DNA of 62,628 nucleotides, filler included, from Sminthopsis crassicaudata (GCF_048593235.1; 4 parts of 4 records of this genome joined end to end with filler, not necessarily neighbours in it), one strand, 5' to 3'. Numbered from the whole stretch's first letter, positions 12,300 to 23,805 are shown. Numbers and translations: made by a program. The notes: generated by a model from the letters alone, not told the origin.

Positions 12300-13290
12300 A
12301 CCCACTAGCCTATTGTTTCCTTTCACATTTTATTCTCTTCCCATCTATTTGTAAAATGGGAACATTTGCCCTTCTCTGGTCCTGCTGCGCCTCTTCTGTT
12401 CTTCCTGATCTTTCAGGGGTCAATGATGGCAATTAAGCGATTACATCTGCTCGTTTGTCGAGAACGGAGCAATGTCGTTCACTTGGGCTGAGGAACTGGA
12501 GCTCATGAGAGGGCACCTGTGGGTCCTGATACTATAGCCTTATTTAACTTGGGCATGAAGTCCCTCTCAACCCTACTTTGTCTGTCCTTTCCAGTACAAA
12601 TAAAAATGCCATTAGGCAGAAAAACATAAGCAAAATGAGAACTGAGCCGCTCTGCCTTCTCTCTTCCATCTGTCATTATTGTCCCATCTACTCTGAGCAG
12701 GAGTCCATTCTTTCTCTGACCAGCCTCTTTTTCTCCAATACAGCTTTTGAAAGAAATGCCCTTTTGATGTTCATATGTGCGTGTGTGTGTGTATACATAC
12801 ATATACAATTGGGGTGCTCTATGTGAACCTCTTTAGATAACCCCCCTTTTTTTCCTTCTTATAATTGTTACTCTTGGAGTCTTTGGAATTTTAAAACTTC
12901 CTGGGCTAATTATCATGGAGACCCAGATACTTTACCTATCCCTCCTTGGAACCCTTTGACATCTGCTCTCGCCAAATACAAAGGGATGTTGGACAAATCC
13001 TTTTTCTTTATTACAAGCTCTGGATACAGTGATTCTCTACCTTCAACTTTTGCACCTTCTCTACCCTAGCAACCAGTTCTCCTTTGTTGGTGAGAACCAG
13101 ATTTAGAATACAATGTCCCCTTGTAGTTTCCTCCATCTTTTGAAGGTGAAAATTGTCACTTAAGTCAAGACAAAGGAAAAAAAAAAAAAAGATTTGACTG
13201 CTTTTCACTGGGTTTAGAGAGGAAGTTCCAGTAGAAGTCCAGGTGATATGGGCAGTTCTCCCTTTAAGAAACTAGTCCTTTCAGATTGAT
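12300..13290 (-). mobile_element. CR1/L3 LINE remnant (endonuclease-linker region)
   Basis: Minus-strand peptides MEETTRGHCILNLVLTNKGELVARVEKV and DGTIMTDGREKAERLSSHFAYVF resemble CR1 ORF2 motifs (PTRG.A.LDLVLTN.EELV; D..EKAE.LN.FFASVF). Confidence 0.75.
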
Positions 13291-13309
13291 TTATTCCTTT
13301 CTGATTCCC

Positions 13310-14045
13310 AGCCCCTCCTAGATGATGCATTATCAATTCAAGAAGCTAGGATCTTTGATTCACAAATCCTGGTCAAAATCACCCCTTTGAATTCCAATAG
13401 GAGATCCAGGCTTGTCCCAGCCCCCATGGGATCTGAGCCAACTTGGGCTGTCCCAACCCCCATTCTAATGATCTGCTCAGGTGTCCCAACCAAGCAAATT
13501 CTAGCCCTCACTGAAATCCAGCAGGAGCCAACTTGGGACTCCACCCACAGGCCCCTTTAGCTAAATCTTTCCTTATAAAAGAGCGAAGCTGGAATCCTCT
13601 CTTTGCCAAGGTCCCAAACATGGCAGCCTTACGCCTGGCATGCCAAGGTTCTCTGCCCACTGGAACACTGTTTCCAGTGCCCCCTTATCTCTAGCTTCAC
13701 TTTTTACTAATTAGACTTTAACCTTACTTTCAAACCCCCAAATAAACCTCTTTTTTCAATCTAGGTTTTCGGGTCTGTAAATTCCTTTACAGAGGACTCT
13801 TACGCCGCTATTAGACCTCATTTAACTCCGTATCCTTGCCCTGAATCCAAAGAAGTTGCAGGGGAGCTCTATTTGACTCCCTATATCCCAAACCTGCCAC
13901 TAGATCTCCTTTAAAACCTAATTTCATTTAGGTACCCCAATTCTAGACCTCATCACAGGTAACTGAAGTGCATCCTTGCTCCTCTTTGCCGTGCTTCTGA
14001 TCTTTTCCTGAACTCAACCATTTCCTTTTTCCTATTTAGAACACA
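13310..14045 (+). mobile_element. Probable solo LTR inserted in or next to the CR1 remnant
   Basis: TATAAAA at ~13575, AATAAA at 13741-13746, ends in ...AGAACA. No target-site duplication could be identified. Confidence 0.4.
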
Positions 14046-16805
14046 CTCCAATGATAATGACAATTCTAGTTCTATCTTCACCCCAACTTTCTCCACTGAG
14101 CTTCTCCAGCCTCTTTTTCCTACCCACCCACTTCCTAGCTTTCTTAATACGAAAATATCTTCCTTCCTTAATAATCCGTGCTACCCTGTCCTCCCCTTCT
14201 CTTCTTTTTACCGATTCTGTTTTTTTTTTTTTTCAATCAGGTGTACACCCTGCTCTAGAGCTATATCTCAGATGTGGGTCTCAGTTACCACGTCCCAGTG
14301 ATGCTTATGAGGTAAATTTGTCTCCTTGCATTAGGAAGTCTAGGCTAATCTTGCTTGCTTTTCAAGTGAAATAAAAAGAGATATGTGTAAAAGATAGTAC
14401 AGTGCCCAGCATACAATAGGTGCTATATAAATGCTTATTTCTATTCCTTCCCCTCAATCCCTATCACTCCTTTTCAGACATACAAGATCCCTCCAGGCTC
14501 AACTTCTGTTCTTTAAGGTCCTTCTCAGCTCTCATTCTCTGTTCTGAGGTCTTTCCTGGTTCTGACATTCTAGGTCCTATGTCCCTGTCACCCACTCCCA
14601 GTTCTGCCATTCTATTTTCTACAGTTCCTCCTAGCTGAAGTGGTCTATGGGCCTCCATCTGGTGCAAGGGTCTAAGAGCTAGCTTTTTTGAAAAAAGAAT
14701 TTTTTTATCACTGTCATTCAACATATTCCTTTTCCTTTACAAACATAATTCTGAGAAAGGACTCTCAGACTTCAGTGGCCTACTGGCCAGGAAGGTCCGG
14801 GCATGAGTGGTTAAGAAGCCCTACTCCACTGGATCACGGCACAGGGCCCGAGGACAATGGACCAAACTCCCTAGAACCTACTCTGGACACTCTGGATCAG
14901 CCGAGTGGTGACCAGCCACATCCAGGAGGCCGCCCCTCATCCCATGTGGTATGGACTGAAGGTAAGAAAGCTTGTGGTTCTTGTCCTGACTGCTACTTCC
15001 CAGCTCTGTGACCTTGGGGTCTTCTTCACTTCATCTATGAATTTCCCATGACAGAAACAAGGCATCCCAAGAGGAGTCAGGCAGGACTGGCCGACGCTTC
15101 TCGTTGGGAAAGAACTGCCAAATTTGGGGGACAGCAAATAAGATTACTTTGGCTGGACTAAAAGTCCATGAAAAATGACTCGTGAGATAAAGCTGGGAAA
15201 GAAGGTGTAGCCTGGCTGGGAGGAGCTGAGTGACTTTTTGTCATAGGGACCATAGGGAGCCCTCGAAGATTTGAGTGAGAGAGTGACATGGTCATATCTG
15301 CGGTGAAACTTTTCTCAGCCCTGATTAAAAGGGATAAACAGTAGAAGAGAGGGAAGCAGTATGGAGGAGGTTAAAATAATCAAGGCAGGAGATGTTCTGA
15401 ATCTGGTCTCAGATGGTGGCCATATGAGAGAAGGGGACCGAAGGGAAAGATACAGGGGAAGGATGACTGGAGATGGGAGTGAAAGTGAGGGAGAGCTCAG
15501 GGTGAGTTGGAAATGACAAAACTCAGTTACAAAAAGGCCACAGGTCCTCAATGAAACACGAAGTGTGGGGGGACAGATTCGGGGGGGTGCTCAGCCTGAG
15601 GTACAGGCGCCAAGTTGGGGAGTCAAGTAGTGAGCGGAAGTCATGTGGCTGGAGCCAAGGAAAGAAAGTGGGACGGAGCTGGTCTTCCCAAGGAGGCCGT
15701 GGGACCAACCAACAAGCATCTGTAAAGCACTGACTGTGTGACACGCTCAGGTCCACAGCAAGAATATAAGGAAAAAACCACATGGTTCTTGCCTTCGGAG
15801 AGCTTCCGTTCTATTGGAGGGAGGGGCGTATAAATGGAAGCACCGGAGGTAACGAAGAGCCAAACCCTGAGATGGAGGGAGCCCGGGGGGAACCTCCATG
15901 ACTGGAGGCAGAGCAAGGGGACCAAGAAGGAAGGGTCAGGCAGAAGTGAGGGAGAGAGGATCATGGAGGCCCAGGGGAGGGAGAGCACCAGGGGGGAACG
16001 GCTGGGCCCACGCAGAGAGCGCAGCGGGGATGAGGACTGAGAAGGCCCCCCCATTGGGTAGGTAAAAGATGGCAGTGCGGGCCAGAGGTGCTCACTTTAG
16101 CATTGCAGCCCTGGTGGGCGTGGGGGGGCAGTGGGGGGGCAGCGGAGGAGAAGGCTCTCCAAGAGGCTAAAGGGAGGACACAGAGGCTTGAGGGAATGGC
16201 AGGGTTAAGTGAGGGCTGGGGTCTGAAGGATGGAAGAGCTGGGGGAGTTTGTAGACCCCAGGAAAAAAGCCGGGAGGAGAATGACCACAGAGGTTGCTCC
16301 TGGGAGCCAGGGAGGGATGGGGTCAGGGACTCAGCGGCAAGAATGTCACTGCCTAGACTGAATAACGTCGGGTGGGAATCACTTTTCATCTTGAAACCTC
16401 AGTTTTCTCATCTGCAAAATGGGGATGCTGGAACTCATCCAGTCCTCCTGAGATGGTGTGTGTAACTACACACTTGAGCCCAGCGGCTGAATGATTCAGT
16501 CCTGCGCTTCACTTGGGTATACAATTATGGCAGGCTCTGGAAAGCCAGTTATTATTGTTGGAGACAGAGCAGCCTGGAATGGGAAAGGACTCGTCCGGAG
16601 TCGCACGTCTGGAGGCGAGTCGCAGAATCTGCCCCCTCTCCCTCCCGACCCCGTTGCCCCCACTCACCTGAGAGCGCCAGTCCTTCCCCAAGCTGGGGGG
16701 AGGCTGGCCATGGCGATGACATCACTCTGAAGCCCCTCGGGGTGGGGGCCGCAGCTTCCCAGTCTCCCCCCCCAACTGTGCCCACCGCCCCCGGCCCGAA
16801 CTGAC

Positions 16806-17131
16806 CTGGGTGGTGCTGTCCCGAAGGGTGGGGGAGCGGCCCCTCCGCGTGGTGGTGGTGGCCATGGTGGTGGTGGTCTCCATGATGGTGGTNNNNNNNN
16901 NNNNNNNNNNNNNNNNNNNNNNNNNNNNNNNNNNNNNNNNNNNNNNNNNNNNNNNNNNNNNNNNNNNNNNNNNNNNNNNNNNNNNNNNNNNNNNNNNNNN
17001 NNNNNNNNNNNNNNNNNNNNNNNNNNNNNNNNNNNNNNNNNNNNNNNNNNNNNNNNCTTGGAAGGGGCGGCCCTGGTCCCGGCCCCCAATCTTGATGGCA
17101 GCCTGGCTGTTGAAGATGGTCAGCTGACGGC
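16806..17131 (-). CDS. NRXN2: NRXN2 exon encoding the end of LNS6 and the O-glycosylated Thr-rich stalk (326 nt, centre masked by N)
   Basis: 17131-17057 reads (G)[24 protein letters not shown] and 16892-16806 reads [32 protein letters not shown] acceptor, CAG|GTCAGT donor, and the 164 N between them keep the frame. Confidence 0.96.
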
Positions 17132-17929
17132 CTGGCGGGGGGGGGAGGGGGAATCACAGGAGGGGAGAGGAAGGAAGCAGGAGAGGGGGCAGAGGTGGGA
17201 GTGGAGGGATGCGAGGGAGGATGAAAGGGGGCGCAGGGGCAGCAAGAGGGCAAGGGGACGGGAGGAGAAAGGGACATGGGGCAGTAGAAAAGGGGATGGG
17301 CAGAGAGAGACAGAGACACAGAGACAAAGGGAGCCAAGATGGCAGAGGGGGTGGCAGGGGCAGAGGAGAGACAGGAGGCGGGGGCCATGGGCAGAGGGGA
17401 TGGAGGAGACAGGGAGAAGCAAGGGAAAGGGCAGGAGGAGGGGCGGGCAGGGCCAAGGACAAACAACCGAAGGGAAAATCCTCGTCAGCTCCAGCCCCTG
17501 CCCCTTCCTTAGCCGAGCCGGCGGGGTCCCCGGGGAGAGCCCAGCACTCACACAGCCCCGCTCTGAGGTGGGCTCTCACCCCGAGCTCCTCCCGCCCCTC
17601 CTGGTTCACTCTTCCTCTCCTGACCCCCCATTTCTTCTCTCCCCCGGCTGGCGCCCTTCTCCTTCCTCTCCGAGCGGTCAGGACCCCAGCTCAGCCTCAA
17701 AGGGCAGAGAGGAGGGGGGCCCCTCGGAGACCCTTAATCCCATCCCCTCCTTCTACAAAGGAGGGAAGCAAGAAGTGGAGGGATTCTGCCCCAGTCTCTG
17801 GCCACCCCCCACATCCGGCCAGCGCCTGGGCCCTGGGAACCCTCCCAAAGAGCAGAACCAGGAGAAGCAGAGGGAGCAAGAGGAGCTCAGAGAGAGAATG
17901 GGGAAAGAGAACAAGGGGAAAAGGAAGGA

Positions 17930-18530
17930 GGCAGGTCAGAGACACAGAGACAGAGGGAGACAGAGAGAGACACAGAGACACAGAGACAGAGACAAAGAGA
18001 GAGAGAGACAGANNNNNNNNNNNNNNNNNNNNNNNNNNNNNNNNNNNNNNNNNNNNNNNNNNNNNNNNNNNNNNNNNNNNNNNNNNNNNNNNNNNNNNNN
18101 NNNNNNNNNNNNNNNNNNNNNNNNNNNNNNNNNNNNNNNNNNNNNNNNNNNNNNNNNNNNNNNNNNNNNNNNNNNNNNNNNNNNNNNNNNNNNNNNNNNN
18201 NNNNNNNNNNNNNNNNNNNNNNNNNNNNNNNNNNNNNNNNNNNNNNNNNNNNNNNNNNNNNNNNNNNNNNNNNNNNNNNNNNNNNNNNNNNNNNNNNNNN
18301 NNNNNNNNNNNNNNNNNNNNNNNNNNNNNNNNNNNNNNNNNNNNNNNNNNNNNNNNNNGAACAGAGAGACACAGAGACAAAGAGAGACAGAGAGAGACAG
18401 AGAACAAAGAGACACAGAGACAAAGAGAGACAGAGACACAGAGAGAGAGAGGGAGAAGGAGAGACAGACGAAGTACAGTGAGACAGATAGAAACACAAAC
18501 AGAGACAGAAAGAGACACAGAGACACCCAG
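17930..18530. repeat. Complex (GAGACA/GA)n low-complexity tract with internal N gap 18013-18358
   Basis: gacacagagacagagggagacagagagagacacagagac... on both sides of the gap. Confidence 0.95.
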
Positions 18531-21283
18531 AAAGAGACTGGCAGGCAGATGGACAAGGGGAGGGAGAGCCCGCCCCTGCCCCCATCCCTCCTCCTCTGAG
18601 CCTTCTCTCGCCCTCGCTCCCTCCTCTCCCCCAGTGCAGGGAGGAGGCCATGGCCTGCCTCCCTCATCCCACGGGCCCGGGCCGGGGGGAGCAGGGCCTC
18701 TGCCCCCCAGATGGAAGCCAAGCACCGACACGGATAAACGTTAAAGGGACCTCACTTTGCTGACAGCCAAGGGCTCCACTTTGCTCCGGGGGCCCCGGCT
18801 GGCCGGGCACACCCCGGGATTCGCACCGGGGGCCGGCCGTTTTGGTTGGTTTTGCTTTTTAACTGATCTGGGGGTCGGTTTAACCCTCTGAGTTTGCTGC
18901 GTTTGTCATTTGGTTTTTAGAAAATCATTTTAATTGTGTTTAAGCTTCGGTTTAAGTCTGGTTTGGGGGTTGGTTTGAGGGGGCGGCGCTGGGGGTGGGG
19001 CGTGTGTTTGGGCCCCCTTCTCCCCCAGTCCTTCAGCTCCTGCGCAGGGGGCGGTTTAAGTCCTGGCTTTAGCCTCTGGTTTAGCTTCTCTTTATAGATC
19101 TGGTTTAGTGTTAGGGTGTCTGCTAGCCCAGCCCACCCCCTAGGGGTCCTGGGCTGAGGCTGGACCAACTTGTGACCCGCTGCTGGTGGTCCCTGCTCAA
19201 GCTCCTGGGGCCAGTCACCCCCCCGCGGTCTCTGTCTCCCACCTTCCTCAGGCACCAAAGCCCTTCTCCCCCCCGGATGGCCTCCCCCTGGCCCGGGTGT
19301 GCTCAGGAAAGCACAAGGGCCCTAAGGCAACAGTCACAGACTCTGCTTTCTCTCCCCTAGTTCTCTCACGTCACTTTTGGGGGGCTCTATTCACCCCACA
19401 TCTGGCCGGGGGTGCCGGACTGAGCTCTCCAGCTGATGCCTCTTATCATAGCCCTGGCTCCCAGGTCAGCAAGGCACTTATCAGCCCATTTCACAGATAA
19501 GAACACTGAGATTCAGAGTCCTTGCCAGGATTGGGTTGGAGCCAGGCCCGCTGACAGCGCTTCCGGCGTTCCCTCCACCATGTCAGAGCCATCTCGCCTA
19601 GGACCCCTGAGAGGGGCTGGGGGCCCAGATCACTCTCTCTCCCTCCACCGGCTGCCCGGCAAGGAGACCTCCGAGGCCCTCAGGTCATCATCTGACAGCT
19701 GGGGAGACCCAGCCAAGCTGAGATTTGCTCAGGTGGGCACGGCTGGCGAGGATGCAGACCCTTCTGACTCACATGCAGTGCTCTGTCCCTCGGACCCTGG
19801 CAGGGGAGATCCTCCCTCACGCTGCGGACCCTTCCATCCCTTTCCTTCTTGAGGGTCGGGCTGCCCCACTCCCTCAGGTCACAAGCCGGCCCGGCCTCAG
19901 CCCGGGCTCTCTCTCGGCCACTGATTCCAGGACGGGGGGTGGCTGACGGAGAGGGGACCCTGGGGACCCGGGCAAAGCTGCCCCGAGGCCCCAGCCGTGC
20001 CCCGTGGCACACTCCTCAAAGGGTTAAAGCTTGCCCAGCTGGAGAGAATCGGCCCAATGGGGGCTCTGCTCGGTGGCTTTTAGTGGTCTCGTTACAGTCC
20101 CTTTAACTTTTGGTCCTGCTGTGGGTTTATCACGTCTGGTTATCGGCTTGTTTAGTCCCCACCGGGGGGTCAGGAAGGGACGGGGGTTTAGTCTGGGGGG
20201 GTCCCCAGTGAACATTTAAAAGCAGAGTTATCAGCTGGTTAAGTGGACTTTTAGCAGCTCTACCTCCCCCTCGAGTTTAGCCTTAAAGGTACAGAGCTCG
20301 CCCTGCCCCTCGCGAGGGGCCTGAAGGTGGGAAGGGGATCACAGAATGGCCGGACTCCGCGCTGGGCCCCCAGTTCTGTCTGCGGCCGGAAGCCTCCTCC
20401 CGCCCAGCTCTGGGCAGTCCCTTCCCTCCTGCACAGCCCCTTCTGTCCTTTCCCTTCACCCCCTCTTGGGACCACCTTCCTACACTGAGGGGGCCAAGGG
20501 GTCCGGGGCTGTCCCTGGGTACGGGTGCAAAGGCAGCAGCCCCTGGGCTTCTCTGGGGAGCTGGGGAACTTCCCTTCAGGAGCCTGAGCCCCGTCACTTG
20601 GCAAGTACTTTCTCTGTGCCAGGCACAGGGGTGCCCCTCCCTCCTCTTCCTCCCCCTGTCCTGCCGTCTTTCTCTCCTTCCAACCCTCTCTGCACCTTCC
20701 CTCTGACCTCTCTCCATTCCCAGTCTCACTCCACTCCTCCCACCACAGTCTGGCTCCTGAGCGTCTCTCTGCCATCATTCTCCCACAAAAACCTGGTTCT
20801 GCTGCTTTCTGTCTCTCCTGGACGGGCCCTGCTGCACCTGGTCCCCTTCCCTGCTGCACCTGCTGCCACATGTCCTGCTTCCCATGGCCCACCTTCACCT
20901 TCCCTGCTCCCCACGGGCCCGGTCCCTGCTGCACCTGGGACACATGTCCTGCTCGCCACAGGCCCGGTCCCTGCCTTCCAGGATCTCCACGTTCAGGGAC
21001 GTGGAATTCTCTGTGCTTTGACCTCCCGTTCTGGGGCAGGAAGAACCTCGTACTGCTCTGTGGAATGGTGGCGGCCGCGGGGGGGAGATCAGTGGCGGCC
21101 CCCGTGCTCAGGCTAGCTGGCCCACTAGGTGGGGGAAGAGCTTCGGGGTCTCCAGGAAGCCTCCTGCGGGTGGGCCCTCCCGGCCCGACGACAGCCCCCG
21201 GACGGAAGCCCAGCGGGGTCATCGGCCACTCTGTCCTTCTCTGGGGAGGGGGTGGGGGAAGAGAGAGCTCTGCACCATTAAGA

Positions 21284-21439
21284 NNNNNNNNNNNNNNNNN
21301 NNNNNNNNNNNNNNNNNNNNNNNNNNNNNNNNNNNNNNNNNNNNNNNNNNNNNNNNNNNNNNNNNNNNNNNNNNNNNNNNNNNNNNNNNNNNNNNNNNNN
21401 NNNNNNNNNNNNNNNNNNNNNNNNNNNNNNNNNNNNNNN
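21284..21439 (-). other. NRXN2: N gap that probably hides the 90-nt NRXN2 AS4 (SS4) cassette exon
   Basis: Inference only. AS4 lies immediately upstream of the [10 protein letters not shown] exon in neurexins, I did not find it in readable sequence, the 156-nt gap is large enough, and its flanks are locally AT-rich islands in a GC-rich intron. Confidence 0.4.
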
Positions 21440-22699
21440 TTTTCTCAGACACGACGAAGTCCCAGTGAATTAAAAGAGTCAATTATTCAGAACTCAGGAG
21501 AATCGAGTAAGCGGCGGTGGCTGGCGGCATCCAACCGGAAGGGGTGGCGGGGAGAGACCCCACGAAAAAAACAAGAGGCTGGGGTTCTGTATCCCTCACC
21601 TCCCGGCCACCTCCCTGGATCTCCCCTCCGAGGCCCTCCCGGGACCCTGGGCGAATGACCCAAACCGAACTTTTGGAAGGAAAGAAAGCCAAGAAACCCC
21701 AAGGAGAAGGGGAGCCGGAAGGTCAAAAGTCAGAGGTTAAACAGATTTAGAAGATGCCCGGATCTTTGGATCTAGGCGCTGCCCCCCGCAGAGTGGGGGG
21801 CTGGGGCAGGGACAGGGGTGTTTAGCGGCTTTAGGTTGGGGGCAGGGGCAGCAGGCAGCCCTGGCCCAGCTGGTTACTGAGTTTAGAGTGGGGTTTAGTT
21901 GGGGGGAGGGTTAAGCGAGGTTTATGCGGCATTTAAGGGGGGCACCCGGCACACAAGTTTACGGTGGGGGGTTATTTCCTCCTCACACCCCAAGGCTCAC
22001 AGAGCAGCCCCAGGCCCAGCTTCCCCTGGGGTCCCTGAGCCTGCTCCCCTCCCATCCACAAAATCCATCGCGCTCGTGCCCCTTTCTCAGTCTCCCCTTC
22101 TCTCCCTCTTGTTTCCTTCCCAACCAAACAGGGACAAGGCCCTCTCCCCGAGCAAGACACGTGGTATAAGTCACTCCATTCCCCAGCCCGGTGCTGCCGC
22201 CCAGACCCCTCCACGTGCCCCATTCTTTCCCCGAATCTCTCCCCTCTTCCCAGCTCTCCTTTCCCCATCTTAATCTCCCGATTTCTCCGCTCTCCCCTTC
22301 CTTCCTCCCCAGCCTCCCAACACCTGCTGAGCTCCCAGCGGCCCCCCTCCTCACCCTCCTCCTCACGTGACAGTTCACTGCTTCAGCCCTCCCAGCCTCT
22401 CTCTGCCCCTCTCTCCAGCTGTCTCCTCCCCTAATTTCCCAAGCCTGCATCCCTCTCCCCTCGCTGTTCCTAAGGCAGCTCCCCATCTGCAGAGCACACC
22501 TGTTCTCCCTACCTCTCCCTGAGGAGGATGGGCGGGGGAGGAGCCCCTCGGGACGAGGGGCATACAGAGACCACGGGTGGGTGGACCTTGGGGGCTTTGG
22601 TCCATGGGTGTCAGTCAGTCAAAGTCTTTACAAGCACCTACTGTGTGACAGCTGGCATCCAAAGGAAGGGAGGCGCTCTGCCCTCCAGGAGTGAGTGTC

Positions 22700-23805
22700 T
22701 GTCAGTTATGTGACGAATGGGCGCGTGTGTCCGAGGACATTTGTCAGCGTGCGAGCCTGTGTCTGAAGGCGTTTGTCAGCGCGCGCGTGTGTCCGCGGGC
22801 ATGTGTCAGCCAGCGAGTGTGGCTCAGGGAGCTCCCGGGCCCGGGGTCCCTCCTGCTGCCAGCCTCGGGGCCCTGTCTGCCTCCCTGCCGGGTCTCCGTG
22901 TGCCCGAGGCCCGATGGGAGCACCCAGACCCTGCCCAGCCCGCTCCTCCGGAGCCAGCGCTGCCCCCGTTCTATTGTGTGCGTGTGCATGTGCCCCCTCC
23001 CTGCTCACTTGTGCGTAACCATCATGCATTGCCACATGGGTGTCCATGTGCCCGGGGGGGGGGGGGACTCCCCCCCGGAGATGCAGAAAAGGATGGGGAT
23101 GGCGCCTGCCTTTTGCAGGCTGCGAAGGGAGAGTCAGGAGGCGGTAACTGCCCCCCCCCAGTGTGTGGGAAGGGAAGTGGGCCCTCAGCAAGGAGTGCGG
23201 GGCTGGGGGAGGTGGGGGTCCCAGCCACTCCCCCCCCAGGAAGCCCCAACAAAGGGGGTCAACCCAAGGGCCCTTTACAAGAGCCCCATCTGACAGCCCC
23301 GGGAGGCAGGGTCGTGCCCTTTTGACAGGCGGGGAAACTGCGGCAGGGGCCGCTAAAAAGGAAGTGCTGGAAGCTGGGATCGGCCCTGGGTCTGAGGCTC
23401 TGTCCATGGTGCTACCGGGCGGCCTCGGACTGCGTGCGTGCCGGGATGGGGGGCGGGGGCGGGGCGGGCCAAGCTCCGGAAACTCGGGCTGCGTGGTTCC
23501 CTCCCCGACATCCCCCTGCCCCGCCGGGCCGGAGCCACGTCACAGACTGCGCGGGTCTCCTTTCCCCCGGAGGCTCCGGACTGGCCCAGGATCACACTAG
23601 TGAGCGTCTGGGGCAGGACTGGAACCCGGGCCGGCCGCCTAACCTTCTCTGGCCGGGAAGGCGGGGCGGGGTTTCTAGGGGAGCCCCGGCCCGAGCGGCC
23701 CACGTGGGCGCGAGTCCGGCTCCCTCCGCGCATCTGGGGTCCTGGGGCTCCGCGGCTGCGGCTTTCCCGGCCTGCCCTTGTCTGAGGCACCGAGTCCGGG
23801 CCGCA
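22700..23805. promoter_or_regulatory. CpG-rich intragenic island with GC boxes, CRE/UPRE-like and E-box motifs
   Basis: GGGGGGCGGGGGCGGGGCGGG at 23448-23468, CCACGTCA at 23535-23542, CACGTG at 23701-23706, high CpG density by eye. Confidence 0.55.

Noticed and set aside
16552-18744. Long ORFs of 250-513 aa in the ORF track
   Set aside because: They run through N gaps and GA/CT low-complexity sequence. Only 16806-17131 is real coding sequence, in a frame the track does not list.
20260-21658. ORFs of 256-320 aa on both strands
   Set aside because: Overlapping Pro/Gly/Arg-rich frames typical of GC-rich intron, with no recognisable domain or exon structure.
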